From Burkholderiales bacterium (GTDB lineage: Bacteria > Pseudomonadota > Gammaproteobacteria > Burkholderiales > SG8-39), in assembly GCA_036274335.1 (NCBI GenBank), contig DASUFW010000185.1:1-58165 (forward strand): DNA of 58,165 nucleotides. The letters run 5' to 3'. Made by a program: the position numbers and the translations under genes. Below are positions 14,474-26,072 of the stretch, in pieces. Each line of letters begins with the position of its first letter. The first letter of the stretch is position 1. The notes below the pieces were generated by a model. It was not told where the DNA came from. It made no database searches and worked only from the letters and a program-made list of their open reading frames with translations.

Positions 14474-15115
14474 CTACGCGGCGCGGAACAAGAGAAAGTA
14501 CTGGCGCGGCAGAAACTCGTGCGCGCCCTCCGCGACGTACCCGGCCGCCTTCATTTCGGCCGTGACCTGATCAGGCGGAATGCGCGAGCTGCGCGGCGGG
14601 CCTTCCGGCGCGTCGAGCCGGAAATCGATGATGGCGATGCGCCCGCCCGGTCTCAGGGCATCCCGCAGGCGGCGGAAATAGTCGCTTCGCCGATCGATGT
14701 GATGATAGACGTCGACCAGCAGCACCAGGTCCACTTTCTCCGGCAGGCGCGCATCGTCGAACACCGACGCCACCGGCACGAGGTTCTCGAGCTTCTCGCG
14801 CTTCGCGCGCTCGCCGAGGTAGCGCACCATGTCGGGCTCGACGTCGGCCGCGTACACCGTGCCGCCGGGCAGCATGCGAGCCAGGCGCGCGGAGAAGTAG
14901 CCGGTGCCGGCGCCCAGGTCGGCCACCCGGGCGTCGGCCGGGAGCGCCAGCGCCCGGATGACTTCGTGCGGCTTCTGCCAGGCGTCGCGCGCCGGATCGT
15001 CGAAGACCTGCGCCCAGCGCTCGGCGTGGTCGAACGAGTGCTGGTGGGTGGGCGGGGTCTGCGCGCCCGCCAGCCCTGCGCCCAACAGGAATGCGAAGAG
15101 CGCGACGCGGCGCAT
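14474..15115 (-). CDS. Class I SAM-dependent methyltransferase with N-terminal signal-peptide-like sequence
   Basis: 213 aa. MRRVALFAFLLGAGLAGAQT leader, then SAM motif I VADLGAGTGYFS. Confidence 0.8.
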   Translation of the reverse strand: MRRVALFAFLLGAGLAGAQTPPTHQHSFDHAERWAQVFDDPARDAWQKPHEVIRALALPADARVADLGAGTGYFSARLARMLPGGTVYAADVEPDMVRYLGERAKREKLENLVPVASVFDDARLPEKVDLVLLVDVYHHIDRRSDYFRRLRDALRPGGRIAIIDFRLDAPEGPPRSSRIPPDQVTAEMKAAGYVAEGAHEFLPRQYFLLFRAA

Positions 15116-15121
15116 CGCGGG

Positions 15122-15400
15122 CTAGAGCTCGCCGCGCGTGATCGTCGCTCCGTGGAACACGTGCGCCGGCATCCTCACGTCCCGCATCATTTCCTCATCG
15201 ACCGGCAGCTGGATCGCCTTGATGTTCGCGACCGGCAGCGCCGTCAGCACGCCGTCGGCGATCACCAGCAGATAGTTGCTCTTGAGGAATTCCTCCAGGC
15301 GGATCGTCCGGGCGGCCGAATTCGCCGACTGCGTGGGAAAACCGAACGACAGCTTGCTGCCGTCCATGAAGTGCACCGTCAGGCCCTGCGTCGGCTCCAT
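15122..15400 (-). CDS. Hypothetical protein (92 aa)
   Basis: Compact ORF 6 nt upstream of the methyltransferase. GC3-rich. No recognisable family and no signal peptide. Confidence 0.45.
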   Translation of the reverse strand: MEPTQGLTVHFMDGSKLSFGFPTQSANSAARTIRLEEFLKSNYLLVIADGVLTALPVANIKAIQLPVDEEMMRDVRMPAHVFHGATITRGEL

Positions 15401-15434
15401 CTCTCCTCCTTGTGATGCGCGGCGGCGCTGGCGC

Positions 15435-16097
15435 TCAGAACTTCGCCCCGAAATCCAGGCGGTACTGCGTCCACTGGTCCGAGCCGTAGCTGCCGCCGAA
15501 GTCCACCCACTGCCATCCCACCTGACCGCGGACGAAGCCCGTGTTGCCGAAGTCGTAGCGCAGGCCGACGTTGGCGTTGTAGCTGAACTTGGTCGTGGTC
15601 GCCGTCGGTACGTAGGTGCCGCAGTACTGGCCCCAATACGGATACCACCAGCATACGTTCTGAGGCAGGCCCGTCGGGATGTTGGTGTCGATGCTGGTCC
15701 AGCCGAGGCCGCCGCTCACGAAGGGCGTAAAGGCGTTCCTGCTGAAGTTGTAGTTGCCGAGGAACCGAACCGTCCAGGTCTCGATCGAGGCGTTGATGCT
15801 CTGTATGCCGAGGCTGTTGCCGGGACCGGGCTGCACCGTAGCCCGGTAGTCGGCCTCGCCCCAGGAGAACTCGCCGCCGATCGATACCTTGTCGTCGAGA
15901 TTGAAGGTGTAGCCCATCGCGAGCCCGAAACCGGTATCGGTGCGCGCGGTGGAGCCGCCGCTGAAATTGTAGGTCTTGCCGTCGGTGAAGATCGGCGATA
16001 CGTAGAACTCGCCCTTGCCGGCGCGCCGCACCTCCTGGGCCCAGGCGCTGCCCGCGGCGAATGTCAGCAGGATGACAAGCAGGGTTCTGGAGCGCAT
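15435..16097 (-). CDS. Outer-membrane beta-barrel protein (OmpW/OmpA-barrel-like small porin family)
   Basis: Start at MRSRTLLVILLTFAAGSAWAQE (signal peptide). Alternating aromatic/Gly strands. Terminal ...DFGAKF. Cys-bracketed loop CWWYPYWGQYC. Confidence 0.75.
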   Translation of the reverse strand: MRSRTLLVILLTFAAGSAWAQEVRRAGKGEFYVSPIFTDGKTYNFSGGSTARTDTGFGLAMGYTFNLDDKVSIGGEFSWGEADYRATVQPGPGNSLGIQSINASIETWTVRFLGNYNFSRNAFTPFVSGGLGWTSIDTNIPTGLPQNVCWWYPYWGQYCGTYVPTATTTKFSYNANVGLRYDFGNTGFVRGQVGWQWVDFGGSYGSDQWTQYRLDFGAKF

Positions 16098-16134
16098 GGC
16101 GTTTTCTCCCGGGAGGAAAGCGCCAATGTACTGC

Positions 16135-16152
16135 AAAAAACCCCGCCGCGGA
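16135..16152 (-). terminator. Possible weak intrinsic terminator after tRNA-Asn
   Basis: On the minus strand, CCGCGGCGGGG is followed by a T6 run immediately 3' of the tRNA. The stem is poor. Confidence 0.3.
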
Positions 16153-16160
16153 CAAGGCGT

Positions 16161-16236
16161 TGGCTCCCCGACCAGGGCTCGAACCTGGGACCTGCGGATT
16201 AACAGTCCGTCGCTCTACCGACTGAGCTATCGGGGA
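16161..16236 (-). tRNA. tRNA-Asn (GTT)
   Basis: 76 nt on the minus strand. Acceptor stem TCCCCGA/TCGGGGA. Anticodon loop CTGTTAA. T-arm GGTTCGAGCCC. Encoded CCA. Confidence 0.9.
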
Positions 16237-16255
16237 TCCGGAAAAGCCGGCAATT

Positions 16256-17473
16256 CTACCGGATTACCTTCGCGATCGCCTCGGCAACGTAGTCGATGTT
16301 GCCCGAGTTGAGCGCCGCCACGCACACGCGCCCGGTCTCGATCGCGTAGACGGAATATTCCGAGCGCAGGCGCTCGACCTGCGCCTTGGTCAGCCCGGTG
16401 TAGGAGAACAACCCCTTCTGGCGCTCGACGAACGAATAGTCCGCGCCCGGCACGCGCCGCTGCACGCCTTCGGCCAGCGCCTTGCGCATCGCCTTGATGC
16501 GCTCGCGCATGCCGCCAAGCTCCCGCTCCCACAGCGCGCGCAGCTCGGGCGTGCCAAGCACGCGCGCGACGATGTCGCCGCCGTGCGTCGGCGGATTGGA
16601 GTAGTTGGTGCGCACGATGCGCTTGATCTGCGAAAGCGCGCGGGCGGCCTCGTCGGGACTGCCGGCCACGAGGCTGAACGCGCCCACCCGCTCGCCGTAC
16701 AGCGACAGCGACTTGGAGAACGAGCTCGACAGGAAGATCGGCGTCATCGCGCTGGCGAACAGGCGCGGCGCATAGGCATCGGCATCGATGCCTTCGGCGA
16801 AGCCCTGATAGGCGAGGTCGAGGAACGGAACGACGCCCCGCGTCTGCACGATCTCGAGGACCGTGCGCCATTGCGCCTGCGACAGGTCGGCGCCGGTCGG
16901 ATTGTGGCAACAGGAATGCAGCACCACGATGTCCCCCGCCGGCATCGCCTCCAGCGCCGCGCGCATCGCCTCGAACTTCAGTCCCCGGCTGGCGGGGTCG
17001 TAGTACGGATAGCTCTGGACGCGGAATCCCGCCGCCTCGAACAGGGCCCGGTGGTTCTCCCAGCTCGGATCGCTGATCCAGACCTGGGCGGAGGGCAGAA
17101 TCTGGCGGAGGAAATCCGCGCCGATCTTGAGCCCGCCCGTGCCGCCCAGCGCCTGCACCGTCACGACGCGCTTCTCCGCGAGCACGGCCGCGCCTTCCCC
17201 GAACACCAGCCTCTGTACCGCGGTGTCGTAGGCCTGCAGGCCGTCGATCGGCAGGTAGGACTTCGGCGCGGCCGACTGCACGCGCAGCGCTTCGGCGCGC
17301 TGCACGCACGCCAGGAGCGGGACCTTCCCGGCATCGTCGTAATACACGCCGACGCCCAGGTTCACCTTGCGCGGGTTCTGGTCGGCGACGTAGAGCTCGG
17401 TGATGCCGAGAATCGGGTCGCGCGGCGCCATCGGGACGGCGGCGAGCGGGGAAGGCGAGTGGGGGGCGTTCAT
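16256..17473 (-). CDS. Aromatic-amino-acid/aspartate aminotransferase (class I, TyrB/AspC-like)
   Basis: Start at [10 protein letters not shown]. Motifs [34 protein letters not shown] (PLP lysine), TNYSNPP. Confidence 0.9.
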   Translation of the reverse strand: MNAPHSPSPLAAVPMAPRDPILGITELYVADQNPRKVNLGVGVYYDDAGKVPLLACVQRAEALRVQSAAPKSYLPIDGLQAYDTAVQRLVFGEGAAVLAEKRVVTVQALGGTGGLKIGADFLRQILPSAQVWISDPSWENHRALFEAAGFRVQSYPYYDPASRGLKFEAMRAALEAMPAGDIVVLHSCCHNPTGADLSQAQWRTVLEIVQTRGVVPFLDLAYQGFAEGIDADAYAPRLFASAMTPIFLSSSFSKSLSLYGERVGAFSLVAGSPDEAARALSQIKRIVRTNYSNPPTHGGDIVARVLGTPELRALWERELGGMRERIKAMRKALAEGVQRRVPGADYSFVERQKGLFSYTGLTKAQVERLRSEYSVYAIETGRVCVAALNSGNIDYVAEAIAKVIR

Positions 17474-17515
17474 CGTGCTAACATTTTTCGGTTTCGGCGG
17501 AAGCAAATTCTACTC

Positions 17516-19546
<2,031 letters not shown>

Positions 19547-19573
19547 CCTCCGGTGGCGAGCCCCGGCGCCCGG

Positions 19574-22276
19574 TTAGTGCTTGGTCTCCACCTGCACGAG
19601 CGGTTCATCCTCGGCGGACTGCCGGGGACGTTCCGACCGGGGCCGGCCCAGCGGGGTCGCCGGTTCCGACTCGATCGTCTCGGATCGGCCCGACTTGGTT
19701 TCCACCATCTGCAGGCCGCTGTCCTGCAGCGCGGCGCGCGCATCGCCCAGCGACACGGCCGGGACAGACTCGGGCCGCGTGGCGGGCTCGCGCGAGCGCT
19801 CCGGCCGCGACGCCGGAACCGGCGCGGGCTCAGGCGGCGATTCGGCCACAGCTTCAGGCCGCGGGAGAGGGTCGGTCATGGGCTCCGGCATTTGCTCGGG
19901 CGGGGCCTCGGCGGCGGGCTGAGCCGCGCGTTGTGCCTCCGCTTCAGCGCGCATCTGCGCCCGGTGCATCTCCAGCTCTGCCTGGCGCAGCCCGTCGGGA
20001 TCCGCGCTCCCGGCGTAAGCCGAAGGCGCTACCGTCTCACGGGCACCGTCGGGCCGGCGATCGCGGTGCCGGTCGCGACGGCCACGGCGGCCGCGGCGCG
20101 GCTCGTCGCCGCCGCGTTCCCCATTCGCGAGAGGCCCGCGCGGAGCCTGCAGGGCGTTCTGCGCCTGAAGCTGCGGTTGTTGCGGCTGTTGCTGCTGGGG
20201 CTGTTGCTGCTGGGGCTGCTGCTGCGTCCGCCCCTCCGGACGGCGATCGCCGCCCGGCCGCGGGCCATCCCTCTGCGACCCGCGCTGCTCATGGCGCTGG
20301 CCGCCCTGATGCTCCCGGCGGCCCTCGCGGTGCTCCTCGCGGCGTCCGTCGCGACGACCGTCGCGACGACCATCGCGGCGTCCATCACGTCCTTCACGTC
20401 CTTCACGTCCTTCACGCCGCTCACCCCGGGGCTCCCCATGCCGAGGGTCAGGCCGACGGTCGCGGCCGCCTCCTTCGCGTCCCCCGCGTACCGGCGACGG
20501 GGCGGCGACCGGGCTCGGCGCAGCCAGAGCCTCCGGCTGAGGCTTGCTGGCAAGCCAGCCGAAGAGCTTGCCGAGGAATCCGCCTCCCGGCGCGACCGGC
20601 GCGACCGGCGCTGCCGCGGGTGCCGGCGAGGCCGGCTGGGGCCGCACTTCGGCGACCACGGGGGCCGGCTGGTCGGGGACGATGGCCTTGACCACCGCTT
20701 CCTGGCGCTCGCGCTTCTCCGCTGCCGCCGCCTCGGACGTCTTCGGCTCCTCGGGCTGCTCCACCATCTCGTAGCTGGCGGGCACGTGCTCCATGGCGTT
20801 CAGCTCGTCGTGCCGCAGGCGCTGCACCTTGTAGTGCGGCGTCTCCAGATGCGGATTCGGCACCAGCAGGATATTGACCTTGAGGCGCGCCTCGAGCTTC
20901 TGGATCTCGGCGCGCTTCTCGTTCAGCAGGAAGCTGGCCGCGTCGACCGGCACCTGCACGTGCACGGCGCCGGTGTTCTCCTTCATGGCCTCCTCCTGCA
21001 CGATGCGCAGCACGTGCAGCGCGGTGGACTCGGTGCCGCGGATGAAGCCGGTGCCGCTGCAGCGCGGACAGTTGATGTGCGCCGTCTCCTCGAGCGAGGC
21101 CTGCAGCCGCTGGCGCGACAGCTCGAGCAGTCCGAAGCGCGAGATCTTGCCGACCTGCACGCGGGCGCGGTCATAGCGCAGCGCCTCCCGGAAGCGGTTC
21201 TCGACCTCGCGCTGGTTCTTCTGCGACTCCATGTCGATGAAGTCCACGACGATGAGCCCGCCGAGGTCCCGCAGGCGCAGCTGGCGCGCCACTTCCTCGG
21301 CGGCCTCCGAATTGGTGCGCAGCGCCGTTTCCTCGATGTCGCCGCCGCGGGTGGCGCGCGCCGAGTTGACGTCGACCGCCACCAGCGCCTCGGTGTGGTC
21401 GATGACGATCGCGCCGCCCGAGGGCAGGCTCACCTGCCGCGAGTAGGCGCTCTCGATCTGGTGCTCGATCTGGAACCGCGAAAACAGCGGCACATCGTCG
21501 CGGTAGAGCTTGACCTTGCCGACGTTGGCGGGCATCACGGTCTGCATGAACGCGCGCGCCTGCTCGTAGATTTCCTCGGTGTCGATCAGGATTTCGCCGA
21601 TGTCGGGCTGGAAATAGTCGCGGATCGCGCGGATCACCAGGCTCGACTCGAGATAGATGAGGAAAGGCTTCTTCTCCTGCGAGTGCGCGGCGCCTTCAAC
21701 CGCACTCCACAGCTGCAGGAGGTAGTTGAGGTCCCACTGCAGCTCCTCCACCGAGCGCCCGATGGCGGCCGTGCGAGCGATGACGCTCATGCCGTCGGGA
21801 ACCTGCAGGTGCTCGATCGCGTCGCGCAGCTCGTTGCGATCCTCGCCCTCCACCCGGCGCGACACGCCGCCCCCGCGCGGGTTGTTGGGCATCAGGACCA
21901 GGTAGCGCCCGGCCAGGCTCATGTAGGTGGTGAGCGCGGCGCCCTTGGTGCCGCGCTCGTCCTTCTCGACCTGGACGATCAGGTCGCGGCCTTCGGACAG
22001 CGCGTCCTGGATGCGCGCGCGGCCGACGTCCACGCCGGGACGGAAGTAGACCTTGTCGATCTCCTTGAAGGGCAGGAACCCGTGCCGCTCCTCGCCGTAG
22101 TCGACGAAGGCGGCCTCGAGGCTGGGCTCGATGCGAGTGATGACGCCCTTGTAGATGTTGCTCTTGCGCTGCTCCCTTGATGCCGACTCGATGTCGAGGT
22201 CGATGAGCTTCTGCCCGTCGACGATGGCGACGCGCAGTTCTTCCTGCTGCGTCGCGTTAAACAACATGCGCTTCAC
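19574..22276 (-). CDS. rne: Ribonuclease E
   Basis: 900 aa. GTG start giving [25 protein letters not shown]1 domain and catalytic core, then a long Arg/Glu/Pro/Gln-rich repetitive C-terminal scaffold. Confidence 0.95.
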   Translation of the reverse strand: MKRMLFNATQQEELRVAIVDGQKLIDLDIESASREQRKSNIYKGVITRIEPSLEAAFVDYGEERHGFLPFKEIDKVYFRPGVDVGRARIQDALSEGRDLIVQVEKDERGTKGAALTTYMSLAGRYLVLMPNNPRGGGVSRRVEGEDRNELRDAIEHLQVPDGMSVIARTAAIGRSVEELQWDLNYLLQLWSAVEGAAHSQEKKPFLIYLESSLVIRAIRDYFQPDIGEILIDTEEIYEQARAFMQTVMPANVGKVKLYRDDVPLFSRFQIEHQIESAYSRQVSLPSGGAIVIDHTEALVAVDVNSARATRGGDIEETALRTNSEAAEEVARQLRLRDLGGLIVVDFIDMESQKNQREVENRFREALRYDRARVQVGKISRFGLLELSRQRLQASLEETAHINCPRCSGTGFIRGTESTALHVLRIVQEEAMKENTGAVHVQVPVDAASFLLNEKRAEIQKLEARLKVNILLVPNPHLETPHYKVQRLRHDELNAMEHVPASYEMVEQPEEPKTSEAAAAEKRERQEAVVKAIVPDQPAPVVAEVRPQPASPAPAAAPVAPVAPGGGFLGKLFGWLASKPQPEALAAPSPVAAPSPVRGGREGGGRDRRPDPRHGEPRGERREGREGREGRDGRRDGRRDGRRDGRREEHREGRREHQGGQRHEQRGSQRDGPRPGGDRRPEGRTQQQPQQQQPQQQQPQQPQLQAQNALQAPRGPLANGERGGDEPRRGRRGRRDRHRDRRPDGARETVAPSAYAGSADPDGLRQAELEMHRAQMRAEAEAQRAAQPAAEAPPEQMPEPMTDPLPRPEAVAESPPEPAPVPASRPERSREPATRPESVPAVSLGDARAALQDSGLQMVETKSGRSETIESEPATPLGRPRSERPRQSAEDEPLVQVETKH
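20171..20416 (-). repeat. In-frame short tandem repeats inside the rne C-terminal region (approximate bounds)
   Basis: CAG/CAA-type runs encode [19 protein letters not shown] 9-bp unit cacgtcctt x3 encodes (REG)3. A 12-bp unit x2-3 encodes (RRDG)n. Confidence 0.7.
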
Positions 22277-22284
22277 TTATTGTT

Positions 22285-22302
22285 CTCCTGCGCGCGCAGG
22301 AG
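22285..22302 (-). promoter_or_regulatory. Perfect 18-bp palindrome in the rne leader that contains the SD
   Basis: CTCCTGCGCGCGCAGGAG. On the mRNA the 3' arm GCAGGAG (the SD) ends 8 nt before the GTG start. Confidence 0.5.
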
Positions 22303-22538
22303 TCTGCGTCCACTTGGGTCTGTACGCTCCTTTTGGGAATGGACCTTGCCGGTCGAGGGACCTGCAGCGCGCTATCAAGTACTATCGCTACTTCCGGTGA
22401 GCGAGATTAACCAGTGCTTCAGGTCCAGCTGTGGCCGGACAGGAGGCGGGTTGCAGGTTCCGGCTGCGGGACTTGCGCTCACCGCGCCCGGGAAACCTGT
22501 GCCTCGCATCTCGAAGCAACGCGCAGATCATACGGATA

Positions 22539-23492
22539 ATGAATGACTTAAGCAAGGCTCGGGCGACCCAGCTTGAAGTCGACGAGGAAGGGGCCGCCCA
22601 GCGCATCGACAACTTCCTGCTGCGCCGCCTGAAGGGGGTCCCGAAGAGCCATGTGTACCGGGTCCTGCGCAGCGGAGAAGTGCGCGTCAACAGCGCGCGG
22701 GTGAAGCCCGACTACCGGCTGCAGGCGGGCGACCGCGTCAGGATCCCCCCGGTGCGCATCGCCAGCGCGCCGCCGCCGCCCCGCGCGCCGCGGCTGCCGT
22801 CGCTTCCGGTCGTGTATGAGGACGCGGCCCTGCTGGTCATCGACAAGCCCTCGGGCGTGGCGGTGCACGGCGGGAGCGGGGTGAGCTACGGCGCGATCGA
22901 GGCGCTGCGCGCGCAGAGGCCGGCGGCGCGCACGCTCGAGCTGGCGCATCGGCTCGATCGGGACACGTCGGGCCTGCTCATCATCGCCAAGAAGCGCGCG
23001 GCGCTGACCGCGCTGCATGCAATGCTGCGCGAGGGCGGCATCGACAAGCGTTACTGGGCGATCGTCCACGGCCGCTGGGGAGGCGGCGGGCGCGACCTGC
23101 GCGAGCGCCTGCACAAGTACGTCACCGGGGGCGGCGAGCGACGCGTCGCCGTGCACGACGACGGCCAGGAGGCACTGACCCGGGTCCGGCCGGTCGCCCT
23201 GGGGCCGCGCTGCAGCCTGCTGGAGCTGCGCCTCATGACGGGCCGCACGCACCAGATCCGCGTGCACCTCGCGCATGCGGGCCATCCCGTGCTGGGAGAC
23301 GACAAGTACGGGGACGAGGCCCTGGACAAGGCGCTTGGCGGCATCGCGCCGAAGCGGTTGATGCTGCATGCGGGCAGGCTCGCGTTCGCGCACCCTGCGA
23401 CCGGCGCTCGCGTGCAGCTTACCGCGCCGCTGCCCGTCGAGATGCGCCAATTCGCGGAGGCGCAGCTTGCGCTACCGACTGATCGTCTTTGA
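22539..23492 (+). CDS. rluC: 23S rRNA pseudouridine synthase, RluC-like
   Basis: Start at MNDLSKARATQLEV. S4 domain (RIDNFLLRRLKGVPKSHVYRVLRSGEVRVN). Catalytic HRLDRDTSGLL. Divergent from rne as in E. coli. Confidence 0.85.
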   Translation: MNDLSKARATQLEVDEEGAAQRIDNFLLRRLKGVPKSHVYRVLRSGEVRVNSARVKPDYRLQAGDRVRIPPVRIASAPPPPRAPRLPSLPVVYEDAALLVIDKPSGVAVHGGSGVSYGAIEALRAQRPAARTLELAHRLDRDTSGLLIIAKKRAALTALHAMLREGGIDKRYWAIVHGRWGGGGRDLRERLHKYVTGGGERRVAVHDDGQEALTRVRPVALGPRCSLLELRLMTGRTHQIRVHLAHAGHPVLGDDKYGDEALDKALGGIAPKRLMLHAGRLAFAHPATGARVQLTAPLPVEMRQFAEAQLALPTDRL

Positions 23493-24117
23493 CTGGGACG
23501 GCACCCTGATCGACTCGGCGGGCGCGATCGCCGAGTGCATCCGGCAGTCGGCGCGCGACCTCGGGCTCGAGGTGCCCGACCGGGAGCGGGCCCGGCACGT
23601 CATCGGGCTCGGTCTGCAGGAATCACTGCAGCTCGCGGTGCCGGACCTGCCGAGGCATCGCACACGGGAGTTCGTCGATGCGTACCGGCGTCACTTCCTT
23701 GCGAAGGAGGACTCGATGCAGCTGTTTCCGGGCGTCGCGCCGCTTCTCGAGATGCTGCAGGCGAGAGGGCATCGGCTGGCGGTGGCCACCGGCAAGAGCC
23801 GGCGCGGACTGGATCGCGCGCTCGAGGCGTGCGGCCTGCGCAGGCATTTTGCGGCCACGCGGTGCGCGGACGAGACGACGCCCAAGCCCGATCCCGCCAT
23901 GCTCCGCGAGCTCATGGCGCAGCTCGACATGTCGCCGGAAGGTTCGCTGATGGTCGGAGACACGTCTCACGACCTGCAGATGGCATCGGCGGCGGGCGTG
24001 GATGCGGTTGCGGTGTGCTACGGGGCACACGAGGAGGCGAGCCTGCTCGCGCTCAAGCCGCGCGCCTGCCTGGCGAGCGTGGAGGGACTGGACCAGTGGC
24101 TGCGGAACCACGCCTGA
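23467..24117 (+). CDS. HAD-superfamily hydrolase (phosphoglycolate-phosphatase-like)
   Basis: TTG start giving M-RYRLIVFDWDGTLIDS (DxDGT motif I), with later ATGKS and GDTSHD motifs. Overlaps the rluC end. The start is uncertain; the ORF opens at 23368. Confidence 0.78.
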   Translation: MRYRLIVFDWDGTLIDSAGAIAECIRQSARDLGLEVPDRERARHVIGLGLQESLQLAVPDLPRHRTREFVDAYRRHFLAKEDSMQLFPGVAPLLEMLQARGHRLAVATGKSRRGLDRALEACGLRRHFAATRCADETTPKPDPAMLRELMAQLDMSPEGSLMVGDTSHDLQMASAAGVDAVAVCYGAHEEASLLALKPRACLASVEGLDQWLRNHA

Positions 24118-24455
24118 TCTGCGCGTCAGCGGAACTGACGGATTCGGGCGCCGGCGTGCGCTTCGACGTGGAGCTGGCGGGTGACCTCGTTCCCGCTTTT
24201 GCGGTGCGCAGCGACGGCCGCGTGGTCGGCTACCTGAATCGCTGCTCGCACGTGGAGATGGAACTCGACTGGGCGGAGGGGCAGTTCTTCGATGAGGACG
24301 GGCGCGATTTGATATGCTCGACGCACGGTGCCGTCTACGCCGCAGCCAGCGGCCAGTGCCTGGGCGGCCCCTGCGACGGCAAGCCGCTGGTGCGACTGCG
24401 GATGGATGAGCGGGACGGCGGCGTCTATTACCTGGGAGTCGCCGATGGCGGATAA
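24096..24455 (+). CDS. Rieske (2Fe-2S) domain protein
   Basis: CSHVEMELDW...CSTHGAVY equals CxH...CxxH. About 119 aa. The GTG start is inferred. Confidence 0.72.
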   Translation: MAAEPRLICASAELTDSGAGVRFDVELAGDLVPAFAVRSDGRVVGYLNRCSHVEMELDWAEGQFFDEDGRDLICSTHGAVYAAASGQCLGGPCDGKPLVRLRMDERDGGVYYLGVADGG

Positions 24456-25386
24456 CGACGGGCAGTGGGAGCGAGCGGTGATCGAGCGCCTGGCGGGTGC
24501 GGCGCTCCAGGAGCAGCGGCGCGCGCGCCGCTGGGGCATCTTCTTCAAGCTCCTCGCCTTTGCCTATGTCACGGTCATCCTGCTGATGGCCGTGGACTGG
24601 AACAGTCGCGGCGACAGCGGCGGCAAGCACACGGCGCTGGTCGAAGTGAACGGCGTGATCGCGGCCGGCGCCGAGGCGAGCGCCGAGCGGGTCACGGCGG
24701 CGCTGCAGGCCGCGTTCAAGGACGCCAACACGGAGGGCGTGGTCGTCCGCATCAATTCGCCGGGCGGGAGTCCGGTCCAGGCGAACGACATCTATGACGA
24801 GATGCGGCGGCTGCGCAAGAAGTACCCGAAGATCCCGCTGTACGCGGTCGCCGAGGATCTTTGCGCCTCGGGCGGCTACTACGTGGCGGCGGGGGCCGAC
24901 AAGATCTACGTCAGCAGGTCGAGCATCATCGGATCGATCGGCGTACGCATGGACGGCTTCGGCCTGACGGGCCTGATGCAGAAGCTGGGCGTCGAGCGCC
25001 GGCTGATCACTGCCGGCAAGAACAAGGGCTTCCTGGATCCCTTCCTGCCGCTCGACGAAGCCCAGAAGCAGCATGCGGAGGCGCTGCTGCAATCGGTGCA
25101 CCAGCAGTTCATCGCGGTGGTGCGCGAGGGCCGCGGCAAGCGCCTCAAGGAAACGCCCGAGATCTTCTCCGGGCTGGTATGGACCGGCGAGCAGGGCATC
25201 GAGCTCGGCCTCGCCGATGCCGTCGGCAGCCTGGACTACGTGGCGCGCGAGGTCGTGAAGGCCGAGCACATCGTCGACTTCACCCAGAAGGAGAACGTGG
25301 CCGAGAAGCTGGCCCGGCGCTTCGGCGCGGGCGCGGCGCAGGCGCTCGTCGAACTGGCGCAGCGCGCCTCGCTGGCGCCGAACTAG
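24445..25386 (+). CDS. sppA: Signal peptide peptidase SppA, 36K type (S49)
   Basis: Start at MADNDGQWER. TM segment. INSPGGSPVQ and CASGGYYVAAGADKIY motifs. Confidence 0.85.
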   Translation: MADNDGQWERAVIERLAGAALQEQRRARRWGIFFKLLAFAYVTVILLMAVDWNSRGDSGGKHTALVEVNGVIAAGAEASAERVTAALQAAFKDANTEGVVVRINSPGGSPVQANDIYDEMRRLRKKYPKIPLYAVAEDLCASGGYYVAAGADKIYVSRSSIIGSIGVRMDGFGLTGLMQKLGVERRLITAGKNKGFLDPFLPLDEAQKQHAEALLQSVHQQFIAVVREGRGKRLKETPEIFSGLVWTGEQGIELGLADAVGSLDYVAREVVKAEHIVDFTQKENVAEKLARRFGAGAAQALVELAQRASLAPN

Positions 25387-26072
25387 GCGGCCAGCATCAG
25401 GAACACGGCCGGCCGGCGGCCGATCGTGCGGCGTGCGGCTCGCCACTCGGCGATGGGGCGCGACACGATCTCTTCGCTCGGCAGGGTCAGGTCGATGGCG
25501 ACGCACAGGCGCGTGCCGGGGGCGCAGGCCTCGAGCAGCGCGGCGAGCAGCGCGTCGTTGCGGTAGGGCGTCTCGATGAACAGCTGGGTTTCCCGCGCGG
25601 CCCGGGAGCGGCGCTCGAGCTCGCGGAGTGTCGCGAGTCGCGCCGGCGCCTCGCGAGGCAGGTAGCCGCGGAACGCGAACCGCTGACCCTCCAGGCCGCT
25701 CGCCATCAGCGCGAGAATCAGCGAAGACGGTCCGACGAGCGGCACGACCCGAAATCCCGCCGCGTGCGCCGCGGCCGCCACCGCCTGGCCCGGGTCGGCA
25801 ATGCCGGGGCAGCCCGCCTCCGACAGCAGCCCGAGCGAGCGTCCCTCGCGCATCGGCGCGATCAGTGCCTGTGGATCCTCGCCGATCCTGTCGATCCGCA
25901 GTTCCCGCAGCGCGCAGGGCATCGGCAACGCCGCGAGAAACGCGCGTGCGCTCTTGGGATCCTCGACGGCGAAGTCGCGCAGCGCACGCACGCGCTCGAT
26001 GACTGCCCCTGGCAGGACGGCATGAGGATCGCCGCCCAGGGGGACGGGAATGAGATACAGCGTCGGCGTCAA
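25383..26072 (-). CDS. SAM-dependent methyltransferase, tetrapyrrole-methylase/RsmI-like fold
   Basis: TTG start giving M-TPTLYLIPVPLG. SEAGCPGIADPG and VPLVGPSSLILALMASGL motifs. Only the last 229 codons of ORF 25383..27218 are credible. Confidence 0.72.
   Translation of the reverse strand: MTPTLYLIPVPLGGDPHAVLPGAVIERVRALRDFAVEDPKSARAFLAALPMPCALRELRIDRIGEDPQALIAPMREGRSLGLLSEAGCPGIADPGQAVAAAAHAAGFRVVPLVGPSSLILALMASGLEGQRFAFRGYLPREAPARLATLRELERRSRAARETQLFIETPYRNDALLAALLEACAPGTRLCVAIDLTLPSEEIVSRPIAEWRAARRTIGRRPAVFLMLAA

Noticed and set aside
8690-16236. Possible genomic island integrated at the 3' end of tRNA-Asn (accessory genes between ftsB and the tRNA)
   Set aside because: No integrase, transposase or phage genes are present. 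I found no direct repeat of the tRNA 3' end at the far boundary. Composition and codon bias look the same as in the core genes. It is better described as a variable chromosomal region.
17474-17515. Looked for a LexA/SOS box (CTGT-N8-ACAG) in the 42-bp region upstream of uvrB
   Set aside because: No CTGT...ACAG-type motif is present in the spacer. No SOS-operator claim can be made from this sequence.
20171-20616. Short tandem repeats that might suggest a CRISPR or VNTR locus
   Set aside because: The units are 9-15 bp, contiguous without spacers, in frame, and located inside the rne coding sequence. They are coding micro-repeats, not a CRISPR array.
19553-22180. 875-aa plus-strand ORF covering almost all of rne
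   Set aside because: It is the mirror-frame ORF opposite a gene with an unmistakable RNase E translation. Its own translation is Arg/Ala/Gly/Leu/Pro-rich and low-complexity. Long antisense ORFs are expected in high-GC DNA because stop codons are AT-rich.
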